The notes under the pieces were generated by a model. The model saw nothing but the letters and a program-made list of their open reading frames with translations, did not search any database and was not told the DNA's origin. The position numbers were made by a program, and so were the translations under genes. Source: an uncultured bacterium (GTDB taxonomy: Bacteria; JAGOEH01). Taken from it: 43,498 nt of DNA. The stretch is from NCBI GenBank assembly GCA_964632485.1, contig CAZWDO010000026.1:1-43498 (forward strand), read 5' to 3'. Below are positions 28,258 through 39,200 of this stretch, in pieces (position 1 is the first letter of the stretch; every line of letters starts with the position of its first letter).

Positions 28258-29511
28258 ATGATGTTAAAATATTTACCAGTATTAATGGATAAAATCCGTT
28301 TTCTGATTCAGAAGCAGCCGTTAACCTTATTTGGGATGCTATATCCGGCCATGATGGCGCTTTTCTTTTACTTTTTGGCAATTCGGGAGGTGGACCTGGT
28401 GATGGTCGTCATCGGGGCGTTGGGCATACTGTTCTATCTTTTTGTTTTTATGCTGGTGATGGGTTACTTCGCATTAGCCTTTTTGATTTTACGGCGGAAG
28501 GTTGAAGATATCCATTTTGTTTTGAATGTCAGTGAAACATTAAAAAGCGGATTTAATTTAAATCTGTGGCGCATCCCCTGGTTGCGTTTTGAATGGACCT
28601 GGGATATCCCGGGCGCTGACGTTCGGATTGAGCGTGAAAATAGACGTTGGCATGAATATGTCCGGTGCGGACGGCGGGGGAAATATGAAGGATTTTGCCG
28701 GGAATTTATTTTTTTTGATATATTCGGCTGGTTCAGAATTTCGTTTAAACGGAGGGTGGAGAACCCGGTGACGATTTATCCCGCAAAACTGAAATTCTCG
28801 CACATGGAGACGATTTATTCACTGACCCATGGTGATATGCTATCGCATCCTGCCGGACGGCCCCAGGGTGACCGGGTCGATTTACGCCAATATACCGGAT
28901 CCGATTCGCTGCGGATGATACTCTGGAAAGTTTATGCCCGGTCCCGCAACCTCTATGTCCGTGTCCCGGAGCAAGCTCTGAGCTATAGTAAAAAAGCGTG
29001 CCTATACCTGGTGACGGGCAGCGATGATGAGGCGTCGGCTGGATTCTGCCGGGGTTTAATCGAACAACGGTTGCTCGGTTCTGATTGGCTGTTCGGTACG
29101 ACCGGGGTTCATGAACCGATACGGGAACTTGCTCCGGCGTTGGAAGCGCTGGCCCAAAGCGGCAATACGCGCAAATTTGCTCCGGAATTTCTCTCAGTCT
29201 TTATCCGAAAAGCCGTCAGACAGGGCGCTGATAGCTTTCTGATCATGCTCCCCGGCGATCCCGAAGAGTGGCAGAACAAACTCGGATTTCTTGCTATGTA
29301 TCCTTATACATTTATTTTTGGAGCGCTAATCTCGCCCCCACCACCCACATCGGACATCTTTACTGCATTTTTAAAACGTTGGACGCCATTCCGGCCGACA
29401 CTTCACTCAAAACCCAATGCTTCATATCAGGGATTGCGGGGACCCAACCGCAGGCTTTTTTATTATCAATTGATTCAGGGAGTGGTACATCCCGCCCGAG
29501 GAGCAGATTAA
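28258..29511 (+). CDS. DUF58-like membrane protein
   Basis: Two N-terminal TMs, 'RRGKY...DIFGWF', 'VTIYP', 'GDRVDLRQYTGSDSLRMILWKVYARS..LYVR' (DUF58 core variant). Start uncertain (28258, 28261 or 28285). Confidence 0.8.
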   Translation: MMLKYLPVLMDKIRFLIQKQPLTLFGMLYPAMMALFFYFLAIREVDLVMVVIGALGILFYLFVFMLVMGYFALAFLILRRKVEDIHFVLNVSETLKSGFNLNLWRIPWLRFEWTWDIPGADVRIERENRRWHEYVRCGRRGKYEGFCREFIFFDIFGWFRISFKRRVENPVTIYPAKLKFSHMETIYSLTHGDMLSHPAGRPQGDRVDLRQYTGSDSLRMILWKVYARSRNLYVRVPEQALSYSKKACLYLVTGSDDEASAGFCRGLIEQRLLGSDWLFGTTGVHEPIRELAPALEALAQSGNTRKFAPEFLSVFIRKAVRQGADSFLIMLPGDPEEWQNKLGFLAMYPYTFIFGALISPPPPTSDIFTAFLKRWTPFRPTLHSKPNASYQGLRGPNRRLFYYQLIQGVVHPARGAD

Positions 29512-31790
29512 TGTTTGAAAAATGGTTGAAACATTCAATTATAATTCTATTATATGCCTGCGCATGGGGATTTTTTATCGCTACTGCCGGTGAATTGGAC
29601 CTCACTTTATATTGGTTGCCGGGAATGATCGGCGGTTATGGGTTGGCTGTTTACTGGTCCGGAAAATCGCTGTCTGCTGTCTGGCCCTGGCTGGCATTAA
29701 CGCTGTGCCTGCTTTTGCAGTTTTTTGTCGGCCGCTGGTGGAATAATGCGCTGTATATTCATGAATGGTTGGGCGTAGCGACCGCATTTAATGTTGGCGA
29801 GGTTGTATTGTGGACCTTCAGCGCGTTTTTATGGACCGCTTTTCTGCGGGGATTGAGCCGGCGCCATTCGGCTTGGCTGGCGTTGGAATTGACTATGATT
29901 CTTTTGGTATTGCTGTTGCCAGTAGCCGACCACCGTCTGGGCAATATTTCCCGTCCCATCGCCCTGATCGATCGAACCTGGCTTTATGGCTATGATCCGG
30001 TTACGGTATTTATTACACTGGGCGCCGCTATTCTGGTAGTATTGCTGATTTTTATCATGACCCGCTCTTCCCACCCCACGCGCTGGTTTGAATTTATCCT
30101 GCTTTTCTTGATGCTATTGGTTCTTTATTATGCTGTGCCAGTGGACCGCATTATCGATCGGATCCAATATGGCTCCGGCGGGGGAAATAAGGAAGAAAAA
30201 GAGGGAGGAGGTCAGGGGAAAAATGGCGCTGGCTCGGGCGTCAGCGGTACCGGTACCGATTCGGGAGCCCGGAGTTCCGGTGATGATAGTACCGGACGTT
30301 CTTCTGAGCAATCCGGCCAGTCGGGCCAGGGAGATAGCGGCGGCAAAAACAGCTCAGGCAAAGATGATCAGATTTCCTGGTACGATCGGAATAAACAGGA
30401 TAATAATCGGCAAACGCCGGTAGCCATTGTCAATTTTCTGGAAGAGTTTGAACCGGTCGAAGGATTTTATTATTTCAGGCAATCCGCTTACAGCCGGTTC
30501 AACGGGATACGTTTGGTGGCAGCGAACCGCAAGGGCGTTGATGAAGATATCCTCTATGGTTTTCCCTCGCGGGAAACTGTTTGGGGAGTGGACGAGGCCG
30601 TTAAGGGTGAGCTAAATGAGGACCTGCGGTTTATTACGTTGCGTATTGGATTGCTCAAGGCGCATACCGGCCCGCCGGGACTGGTGAATCCCGTTATTTA
30701 TCGACCGTTGCGTAATCATGACCCCCGGCGGTTTAAGACGGTTTATGAAGAAGTGTCTTTAGCGCGAACCGTTGATTTCAAGGAAATGGTCAAGCGAAAA
30801 GTAGGCGAAGAGTATTGGAACCAGGAGTTCTGGCAGCATTATTGCCAGGCGCCGGCAGATCCCCGCTATCATATTTTGGCAGAGGAGATTATCGCTCATC
30901 TACCGGATAATTGGGTTGAGCTTCCCGTGGCGAATGCCCTGGCGATCAAGCTATGGCTGGATGAAAATTGTATATATAACGATACCGCGAATTATGCGGG
31001 TGAAGGGGACCAAACCGCCGCTTTTCTGTTTGGTCCGCGGGAAGGATATTGCGTGCATCTGGCATACTCGGCCGCCTGGCTAATGCGTTCCATTGGCTTG
31101 CCGGTACGATTGTGTGGCGGCTACGCGGTGAACGCGCGCGATAAGGGAGCGGGCAATTCTCTATTGATTGACGGTAAAAACAGCCATTTGTGGCCGGAAC
31201 TTTATGTTCGCTCTTTAGGCTGGGTTATTGTCGATATTTCTCCCAGTCAGGTGGCGTCGGCTCCCAATTTATCTAATGATCAACGAAGCCAGCAAATGAT
31301 GGGGGAGATGCTGAGGCAGGCGGCAGGCGAGAAACAGGAACTTAAAGAACAGGAGCAGCGTCAGAATACGCAGGAGATCGCCCGCCGCGCTCTGGAAACT
31401 TCGTTTAGCCTGTTCCTGGTTGCGCTGTTAGCATTATATGGAATAAAAATTTACCGTCGGATTATTCCTCATTTCGCGCGCCGGCGGCACCTTTTGCGAG
31501 TGAGTTATCGCGCTATGCTGGATACTCTGGCCGATTGCGGCCGCGCGCGGCCCATGGGAATGCCCCGTATCGAGTGGGCGCGGCAGATGGAGAACGGATC
31601 AGGTGAATTGATCGTGTTGACCCTGGCGCTGGAACAATCCGTATGGAGTCGCGAGCGGAAACATCCCCTCTCGCAGGAAGAGATTCTGCTCTATTCCCGG
31701 GAAGCGGGCCGGTCTGTCAGGAACCGTACTTCTTCGTTTCGGTTTTTTATTGGCCTTCTTAATCCGATCAGTTGGCGTAACATCAGGTAA
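29511..31790 (+). CDS. Multi-TM transglutaminase-like protein (TgpA-like)
   Basis: N-terminal TM bundle, Gly/Ser linker, Cys-His-Asp triad 'GYCVH', 'HLWPELY...GWV', 'VD'. ATG overlaps the upstream TAA, after GAGGAG. Confidence 0.88.
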   Translation: MFEKWLKHSIIILLYACAWGFFIATAGELDLTLYWLPGMIGGYGLAVYWSGKSLSAVWPWLALTLCLLLQFFVGRWWNNALYIHEWLGVATAFNVGEVVLWTFSAFLWTAFLRGLSRRHSAWLALELTMILLVLLLPVADHRLGNISRPIALIDRTWLYGYDPVTVFITLGAAILVVLLIFIMTRSSHPTRWFEFILLFLMLLVLYYAVPVDRIIDRIQYGSGGGNKEEKEGGGQGKNGAGSGVSGTGTDSGARSSGDDSTGRSSEQSGQSGQGDSGGKNSSGKDDQISWYDRNKQDNNRQTPVAIVNFLEEFEPVEGFYYFRQSAYSRFNGIRLVAANRKGVDEDILYGFPSRETVWGVDEAVKGELNEDLRFITLRIGLLKAHTGPPGLVNPVIYRPLRNHDPRRFKTVYEEVSLARTVDFKEMVKRKVGEEYWNQEFWQHYCQAPADPRYHILAEEIIAHLPDNWVELPVANALAIKLWLDENCIYNDTANYAGEGDQTAAFLFGPREGYCVHLAYSAAWLMRSIGLPVRLCGGYAVNARDKGAGNSLLIDGKNSHLWPELYVRSLGWVIVDISPSQVASAPNLSNDQRSQQMMGEMLRQAAGEKQELKEQEQRQNTQEIARRALETSFSLFLVALLALYGIKIYRRIIPHFARRRHLLRVSYRAMLDTLADCGRARPMGMPRIEWARQMENGSGELIVLTLALEQSVWSRERKHPLSQEEILLYSREAGRSVRNRTSSFRFFIGLLNPISWRNIR

Positions 31791-31822
31791 CAGAAATCAA
31801 TCTAATCAGGGAGATTAATAAT

Positions 31823-32821
31823 ATGGATTTGCAAAACAAAGAATTGAGTCGGTCTTATTCGGTCATTGAGCGAATTTCACGACGTGTGAAGAAAGCGGTC
31901 ATCGGCCGGGATACGGTCATCGAACTGGTATTGATTGCCCTTTTTTCCGATGGGCATGTGCTGCTCGAAGATTATCCGGGATCAGGCAAAACGACCCTGG
32001 CAAAAGCGTTGGGGGATTCGATCATTGATGATAAGCCGGACGATCAGATTCCCGGATTCCAGCGCATTCAGTTCACGCCTGATTTATTGCCTTCGGATGT
32101 GACAGGCATTACGATGTTCGATGCGCCCAGTGGGACGTTTCATTTCCGTCGGGGCCCCATTTTTGCGTATGTCGTACTGGCGGATGAAATCAACCGTACA
32201 TCACCCAAAGTTCAATCGGCAATGCTGGAGGCCATGGGGGAAAAGCAAGTGACCGTGGACGATGTCTCCCACTCTCTGGACCCGGTATTTTTTGTCATTG
32301 CCACCCAAAATCCCCTTGATTTGGCAGGGACCTACCCTCTTCCAGTAGCTCAGTTGGATCGTTTTCTGTTTAAAATCCGCATGGACTACATCGCGCGTGA
32401 AGACGAAATCCAGGTGCTCAGTACCCTGCGTGAACGCAAAGCGGAGTTGGGAGGCGATTTCCCGCGCGTGAATCGCGGTGAAATTGAGGAGGCCCGACAA
32501 CTGATTGAAAAACTGATCCATATCACCCCGGAGATTTATGAATGCTTAGTGGATATCGCCCGCGCGATTCGCTTGCATCCCTCCGTCAGCCAGGGTATTT
32601 CTACCCGTAGTCTGGTGCGCATGATTCCGGCTATGCAAGTCCATGCCCTGATGCAAAAACGTGATTTTCTGACCGCCGATGATATCCGCGCCCTGGCGCC
32701 TTATGTGTTTCAGCACCGCATCGAAACCGTTCCCGGCGAAGAGCAGATATCTCAAATTATCGAAGCTGCCATGGCTGCGCCACTGGAACAATTAATCCAA
32801 AAGAGCCTGAAACGATCATGA
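31823..32821 (+). CDS. MoxR-family AAA+ ATPase (second copy)
   Basis: 'HVLLEDYPGSGKT', 'RIQFTPDLLPSD', 'LADEINRTSPKVQSAMLEAM', 'TQNP...GTYPLP.AQLDRF'. Confidence 0.96.
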   Translation: MDLQNKELSRSYSVIERISRRVKKAVIGRDTVIELVLIALFSDGHVLLEDYPGSGKTTLAKALGDSIIDDKPDDQIPGFQRIQFTPDLLPSDVTGITMFDAPSGTFHFRRGPIFAYVVLADEINRTSPKVQSAMLEAMGEKQVTVDDVSHSLDPVFFVIATQNPLDLAGTYPLPVAQLDRFLFKIRMDYIAREDEIQVLSTLRERKAELGGDFPRVNRGEIEEARQLIEKLIHITPEIYECLVDIARAIRLHPSVSQGISTRSLVRMIPAMQVHALMQKRDFLTADDIRALAPYVFQHRIETVPGEEQISQIIEAAMAAPLEQLIQKSLKRS

Positions 32822-34770
32822 AAATATTTTGGGCGCTCTGGGTTTGTATAGTTTTATCCTCCGGTTCTCTTGCCGAGCTGCCTAAGGGATTAGGCGCGGG
32901 TGAGCAGGAATTGCGGTTGTATGAATTGAATGAAGAGCATAACTATATCGAATTGCGCAATCTTGCTCATCAATTGTTGGAAGAGAACCCGCGTTCATAT
33001 CCGGGACTTTTAGGCATGGGCCGTTTTTATCATGAATCGGAAACCAACCTGCCCCGGGCTTACTATTACCTGAAAAAAGCCCGCGCCGCTTATGAAGATT
33101 CGCTTGGAATTGAGGTCTGGGACCATGAAACCTGGCGCTGGCATCTGATGATTCTGCGGGAACTGGCCGATGTGGCGCATGAAATGGGACGGATTGAAGA
33201 ACAGATCGAATTTATTAATTTTTGTAATGAACTTTATAATCCCGACATTATTGATGAATTAGCCTGGGCCCAGCTTAAATTGAAACAATACGACGAACTC
33301 GAGACGACTCTTGAAGAGGGATTAAAAACCGTTGAACCCCGGACCTGGGCATATTGGGGGATTTTGAATACCCGCGGCGCCGTCTATTCGGAACGCGATA
33401 TGCGAGTGGAAGCCTATGATGCCTTCCATATTTTGACGGATGAGCTGGGAGGTGAGACCGGGCATGTTTATGCCTGGCGAAATCAGGGTGAAGCGGCCTT
33501 AGCCTTGTTGAAATTTGACGAAGCCGAACGCGATCATCTTCGGGCGACACAACAGGGAAATGATGAAGATATCACCAGTAATCCCTGGAAAGACCTCGCC
33601 TACCTGTATCTTGTCCAGGGACGCTATGATGAAGGATTCAGCGCGCTGACTTCTATGGTTCGTTGGGGACTTGTCCGTAAACCCAAGTTGGACCAGCAGG
33701 TTAAAGCGGGTGAAGCCTTAGTCAGGGCCTTTTTCCTGGTAACTGCCGGTTATCCGTTGCCGGCCTTACGTATCAGTGAGTTTTGGATGAAGCAGCCGGA
33801 TCGCTTAGCATTCACTAGCAGCGAGGCGGAACAGACTGTGGCTGGATTGTATATCCTGCAATATTTGACATTGAAATGTCAGTCGCGGCTGAAAAAAGAA
33901 GCCTGGTGCTGGCAGAGTTGGTGGCAGCGGGTCAGATCAATTCCGGAACGATTGCTGATTTGGGTGAATCTATCGTTTTTGCGGCGGAAAATCAAAGCAT
34001 TGATTTTCAAACATGAATATCTGGCGCCGTCTTTAAGGGCCTATCATCCTCAGTCGGTTTATATTCCCGAGTATTTTAAGGGAATACTGTATGAAATATG
34101 CGGAAGCGGCGCTGTGCGCGCTCAACTTGCGGGAGATCTGATACACTATGAACATCGAGCGCTGATCGAAGGGTATCTACTGGGATTGACTGCAATTGGA
34201 GATGCCCGGGCAGGAGAAGGAAAGGCAGCGATCACGCAAATTGATGAAGCGCTGCAAAAAATACCGCTAGAAGAAAAGATTTTTCGTTCATATTTGCGAT
34301 TCCAACAGGGGATCGCCGCCTGGCAATCAAGCGCTCGTCAACGGGCGATGGAGTTTTATCAGGAAATGATGGGAGTTTGTCCGGCTTTTTTCCGCATCGA
34401 TGATCTGCCTTTGCCCGTGCGGTTGGTGGCCGATGGTACTAAATTGGCTCAACAAGTTCGAAGCATCATGGAGGATTCACCGGCGATTGATGAATGGGAA
34501 GGTGGGTTTATTCTGTCAATTCGTGGTATTGATCGGGATTTACGGATTCAATTGCTCGATCCGCTCGGTAACGAGTTTTGGAGTTTTGCCCCATCGGATG
34601 GATCGAAAACTCCGCAAGCGATTGCGCAGGAGATTCATGCCCGCCTTTTCAGCAGCGCTGTATCTTTCGATGAAAAGGATATTTATTCGCTCGATGGCAC
34701 CAATCTCAAGCAGGAGGAGACCCGCCAACAGCTCCGGCAATTTTTTTTCCCCGATAGTTCTGTCCATTAG
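32818..34770 (+). CDS. Exported TPR-like alpha-helical protein
   Basis: Signal peptide, TPR-like repeats ('AWRNQGEAALALLKFDEAE', 'WKDLAYLYLVQGRYDEG'). ATGA overlap with the MoxR gene. Confidence 0.75.
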   Translation: MKIFWALWVCIVLSSGSLAELPKGLGAGEQELRLYELNEEHNYIELRNLAHQLLEENPRSYPGLLGMGRFYHESETNLPRAYYYLKKARAAYEDSLGIEVWDHETWRWHLMILRELADVAHEMGRIEEQIEFINFCNELYNPDIIDELAWAQLKLKQYDELETTLEEGLKTVEPRTWAYWGILNTRGAVYSERDMRVEAYDAFHILTDELGGETGHVYAWRNQGEAALALLKFDEAERDHLRATQQGNDEDITSNPWKDLAYLYLVQGRYDEGFSALTSMVRWGLVRKPKLDQQVKAGEALVRAFFLVTAGYPLPALRISEFWMKQPDRLAFTSSEAEQTVAGLYILQYLTLKCQSRLKKEAWCWQSWWQRVRSIPERLLIWVNLSFLRRKIKALIFKHEYLAPSLRAYHPQSVYIPEYFKGILYEICGSGAVRAQLAGDLIHYEHRALIEGYLLGLTAIGDARAGEGKAAITQIDEALQKIPLEEKIFRSYLRFQQGIAAWQSSARQRAMEFYQEMMGVCPAFFRIDDLPLPVRLVADGTKLAQQVRSIMEDSPAIDEWEGGFILSIRGIDRDLRIQLLDPLGNEFWSFAPSDGSKTPQAIAQEIHARLFSSAVSFDEKDIYSLDGTNLKQEETRQQLRQFFFPDSSVH

Positions 34771-35071
34771 ACAGCTTGCTGACGGAGACCTTAAAATCAA
34801 AAAAAGTTAATAATGGAAATTTGCCATATAACGAAGAGTCTTATCTCGACAGGCAGGCCAAAGCAGAAATCAAGAAATTTAGCGCTATCTGTCTGTCTGA
34901 GCTGCAGGACTGGGACAGATGCAGAATTGTTAATGAGGCAATTGCCAGACGGGCTTCTTCACGCAAAATTCTATCAATGGCGTCAGGTCAGCCTTATCTA
35001 AACGGCGTTAAAGCAGGTTATTAATACTGCAACCAAGTCACCCTTGAATTTTAATCCCGAAAGAGTTTTCG

Positions 35072-36154
35072 ATGAACTTCATGCGATTTGTTTTGTTGTT
35101 TTTTGCCTTAATTTCGTTTTTTCCCGTTCCCTCTTTTGCTCGCTATGCCTTTATGATCCGGGTGGATGACATTCTGTCGCGCAATACGTCGTATTTGCCG
35201 CGCAGCATCATCCCTTTCCAGGAAACGGTGGAACAGCGCGGCGCCAAAGTGACCTGGGCGGTGATCCCCCATCGGCTGATCGAAAGCCAGAATGCCGATG
35301 GCGGGTTGGCGCGGGAGCTGCGGGAAACGGAATCTCGGGGCCATGAAATCGCCATGCACGAAATGGTGTGTACCCGCAATAATATCAACTTAACTTATGC
35401 GGAACAAAACGACCTGATAACTCAGGGTCTGGCCATTCTGCGGGATTCTGCGGAATCCATCCCCGTACTGTTCGTGCCGCCGGCGCATGTGGCCGATACC
35501 ACGACCTATCGCGTATTGCTCGATCATCAGTTTTCCAATATTTCGACCACCGGTCCGGGATATGGCTTCCTGTTTGAAGAGCTTTACAATTTCGCGCCCA
35601 ACAAGGAATTTACCTGGCAATTGGCGGCGAGCGCCTATAATTCCAGCCTGGCTTCCGCGTTGTTGGAGATTCGTTCCAAATTTGCAACCGATGGTTATTA
35701 TTGTTTGCTGTTTCATGATTTTTTTATCAGGCAGGGATACGGCGATGGCATCGTAATCCGTTGGGTGGGCGAATTGCTTGACAGTCTCGATGCCGAATAC
35801 GGTGAAAACATCGAGTATCTCACCATTAGCGAAACAATTGCCCGTTATCGCCCGGTTTCCGTATCGGCGCCGGCGACGGCAGGAACCATGGCCTTTAAGC
35901 TTTTCGCCTATCCCAATCCCATCAGCGACAAAGCCCGGATTTTCTATACTGTTGCGGAGGCGGGAGCCGTCGTTATGGATGTTTTCAATCTGAACGGCCA
36001 ACTCGTCAGCCGCATTCTGCCTGGAGCATTTCTGAACGCCGGACGCTATCAAACTGAATGGCGCGTACCCCCGGCTCTGGGTTCGGGGGTTTATCTGTGC
36101 CGCATGGCGCAGGGCGGGTGTTTCCAAACCTGCAAGCTGGCGATCGTCAGATAA
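35072..36154 (+). CDS. Polysaccharide deacetylase-like (DUF2334/CE4) exported protein with a T9SS-like C-terminal domain
   Basis: Signal peptide, 'IRVDD', 'AVIP', 'GHEIAMH', 'FVPP', 'LLFH'; tail 'AYPNP...VFNLNGQLV...SGVYLC...KLAIVR'. Confidence 0.78.
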   Translation: MNFMRFVLLFFALISFFPVPSFARYAFMIRVDDILSRNTSYLPRSIIPFQETVEQRGAKVTWAVIPHRLIESQNADGGLARELRETESRGHEIAMHEMVCTRNNINLTYAEQNDLITQGLAILRDSAESIPVLFVPPAHVADTTTYRVLLDHQFSNISTTGPGYGFLFEELYNFAPNKEFTWQLAASAYNSSLASALLEIRSKFATDGYYCLLFHDFFIRQGYGDGIVIRWVGELLDSLDAEYGENIEYLTISETIARYRPVSVSAPATAGTMAFKLFAYPNPISDKARIFYTVAEAGAVVMDVFNLNGQLVSRILPGAFLNAGRYQTEWRVPPALGSGVYLCRMAQGGCFQTCKLAIVR

Positions 36155-36191
36155 CGCGCGAGAATGATTCAAATCCGCGAAAATTTCGGAA

Positions 36192-36236
36192 GGGGGCCAT
36201 TTGCCTTCGAAATGACGATTTGCGAGACGCGACCCC
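36192..36236. repeat. REP-like palindromic element, copy 1 (degenerate left arm)
   Basis: CGATTTGCGAGACGCGACCCC (36216-36236) is identical to 41011-41031 and is preceded by a GGGGG arm. Lies between convergent genes. Confidence 0.7.
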
Positions 36237-36242
36237 GATCTG

Positions 36243-39200
36243 TTATTTCATCAAAATCAAACGAGCGCTCAGGCTTTTTTCTCCGGCATCGATACGCAGA
36301 AAATAGATGCCGGACGCGGCCTTTGTCCCGGCCGAATTCCTGCCATTCCATGAAATGCGGCGAATGCCGGAGGGCTGTGCCTGCCGCTGCCCTTCGCTGA
36401 TCAAACGCCCCGTTATATCAAATACGGAAACTGCTACCATGGCGGGTTCGGGCAGAAAATACTCGATCATGGTTTCCGCATTGAAGGGATTGGGCTGGAC
36501 GCTTATAATGGTAAATTCCCCATGGGATAATTCATCGCCGTTCTCAATGCCGACGGCATCGATCACCCGGATGTGCCAGATAACGGAAACGGAATCCGCG
36601 CCATCGCTTATTGAGCAGGCCAGGGTATGAGAGCCGATTTCCGTTCCCTCACCGCGGAACAGATACCAGCCGCCGGTGGAATCCGGTGTCTGAACGCCAT
36701 CCAGTCGCCAGACATAATGCAAGACATCGCCGTTCAAATCGAAAGCATCCACGCTGAAGCGCAGGCTGTCGCCCCGGATAACCGTGCAGGTATCCCCGGC
36801 GCCGGGCGTCGCCCGGATGACAGTCGGCGCCGCATTGGTCCAAACGAGCCGAAATACGCCCTGCCCCCAGGTGCCGGCATAGATCGCCTTGCCGTCGGCG
36901 GAAATTTCCAGGTCCTCGACCGCGCGGTTGCCCAATCCTTCGTTGAGCAGATTCCAGTTGTCTCCGCCATTGGTGGAGTAATAGACGCCATTGTAATAAT
37001 CCGCTACATATATGGTCCGCGGATTGGTCGGATCGATGGCGATGCTGGAGATGAAGGTCCAAGGGATGGAATAATACTCGCTGGAGCCGTTGAACCATTT
37101 GGGGGAATGGAATTTGGCGGAATGCCGCAAGGCGCGGGGCGGGGGTTCCGTGGATATACCTTGTGGTTTGCCGATGGCGTTCAGGTAGGAGGGGCAATAT
37201 AGCGTAATCCCGGCGTTGATAGGCTGCCATGATTCAGCGGCGTCTTCGCTGCGGAACACGCCCTGTCCGTCGCTCAAACCGGCGTAGAGGGTATTCGGGT
37301 TCGTCGGATCCATTTTCAGTACGCGGACATTGGCCGAGGTCAGGCCTTGGCTTTTGTGCGTCCAACTGATCCCGCCGTCGGTGGTCAGATAGACGCCGTC
37401 GGTTTCCGTGCCCAGATAGACCCGGTTGGGGTCGGCGGGATGGATGGCCAGATCGATGATTTTCATGAATGGCGCGGTGATCCCGCCATTGCTTTGGCTC
37501 CAGGTCGTCCCGCCGTCGCATGATTTATAGACCCCGAAGTTTCCGCTGTCATCTTCCTGGATCAGTGCTACATAGATAATATTCGGGTCGCTCGGGGCGT
37601 AATCGATGGCATTGAAACCGATGCCGGGAATATCGAGAAGCGTCGTCCATGAGGCTCCAGCATCGCGAGTGATGAAGATTTTGCTCATCTGGTCGGTCAG
37701 CAGCCATTGCCGGTTGTCGGTGGGATGCATGCGCAGGGAATGCCATTCGGCGGAAATTGCCGGGGCGAACGCCAGGCCGGTCCAGTCGTTGCCGCCATTG
37801 ACGCTCTTGAAGGGACCGCTGCGGCCGACCCAGAACACGGTGGCTGGGTTTTGCGGGTCGATCGCCAGATCATAGGTCAGCGCCCCGGTGTAGCCCCTGC
37901 TGGCATCGGTCCAGGTTTGGCTGCCGTCCGCGCTTAAAAAATTACCGCCCTGGTAGTTGTTGATAAAGATGCGCAACGGGTCGTCAGGATCGATGGCCGC
38001 GCCGATCGGCACTCCGGCCCGGATGCCTGGAGGCCCCCAGATGGTGGCGCTGTCGGCGGCGGTTTCACTCCAATAGGCGTTCCAGGTATCCCCGCCATCG
38101 TCGCTGCGAAAGATTTTACCGGCATGGCCCGCATATACGACGTCGGGATTGGACGGCGCCACGGTCACCAGATTGAACATGCCCGAGCCCAACACCTCTT
38201 CCCAGCTTTCCCCGCCGTTGGTTGTCCGGTAGATGCCACCCAGATAGTTGTCGGTGAAATGGACGATTTCATCTGCCCAGACATTCACCCCGCCCGCCGC
38301 TGCATAGAGGATGTTGGGATTGGCCGGATGCATTTCGAGGTAGCCGATAAAGAGATTGTGCAGCCCGTTGTTGATGCGCGTCCAGGTATCGCCGCCGTCC
38401 GTGCTTTTCAGTATCCCCACGCCCAGCGTGTCCGGGGGCAGCGGGTTACGGTCGAAAATGCCCGTCGAGGCATACAGTATCCGGGGATTCAGGTAATCGA
38501 AAATGACGAAGCGCGCCAGGCTGTTGCCTTCCCAGACGCAGGTCCAGTTTTCCCCGCCATCCGTGCTGCGATAGATTTTTCCGCCGCTGGCGGTAAGCCC
38601 GCCCCGGTCACAGTTGATCTCGCAGCCGATGAAGACGGTATCGGGATTGGAGGGATGCACGCCGATGCCGCGAATGGAGATTTCGTTGCCTTCGGTGATC
38701 CCGTTGACCTTCAACTGCCAGGTCTCGCCCAGATCGCTTGATTTGTAAAGTCCTTTGAAGAGGTTCATGCCGGCCCAGAGGGTGTTGGGATTGTTGGGAT
38801 CGATCGTGAGCGAGAAGATCGGAATATTGTCCAGCGTCGAGCCGTTACGCCCGCTGATGCCTGAATTCTTCTGCGTCCAGCTTTGACCGCCGTCGAAGCT
38901 TTTGTTGATGCCGCTGGGATCGTCGGTCACCAGGATAATGTTTTTGTCCGGCGGGTAGATGCGGATGTCGTAGCCCAATCCGCCGTTGGGTCCGCCGGTC
39001 TTTTGCCAGCTTGCCGCCGGTAAATGTTTTTCTCCGGTAACGACAATGTCGTCGATATCGGCCCGGGCGTCATCGCCGCCCAAGCGGAAGGCGAACCGTC
39101 CATAATCATAGGCATCACCGCTCTCTCCATATTCGAACATTTGAACGTCATCGATATAAAAGGTGAAGCGGTTGTCCAGACACACGATTTTCGCCTGATA

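Noticed and set aside
35390-36172. 260-aa minus-strand ORF
   Set aside because: Antisense to the deacetylase-like gene, no recognisable motifs, expected in GC-rich DNA.
38908-38919. 12-nt match (GATGCCGCTGGG) to the reverse complement of the 35-bp batC insert
   Set aside because: Too short and the flanks diverge. Likely chance, not the source of the insert.
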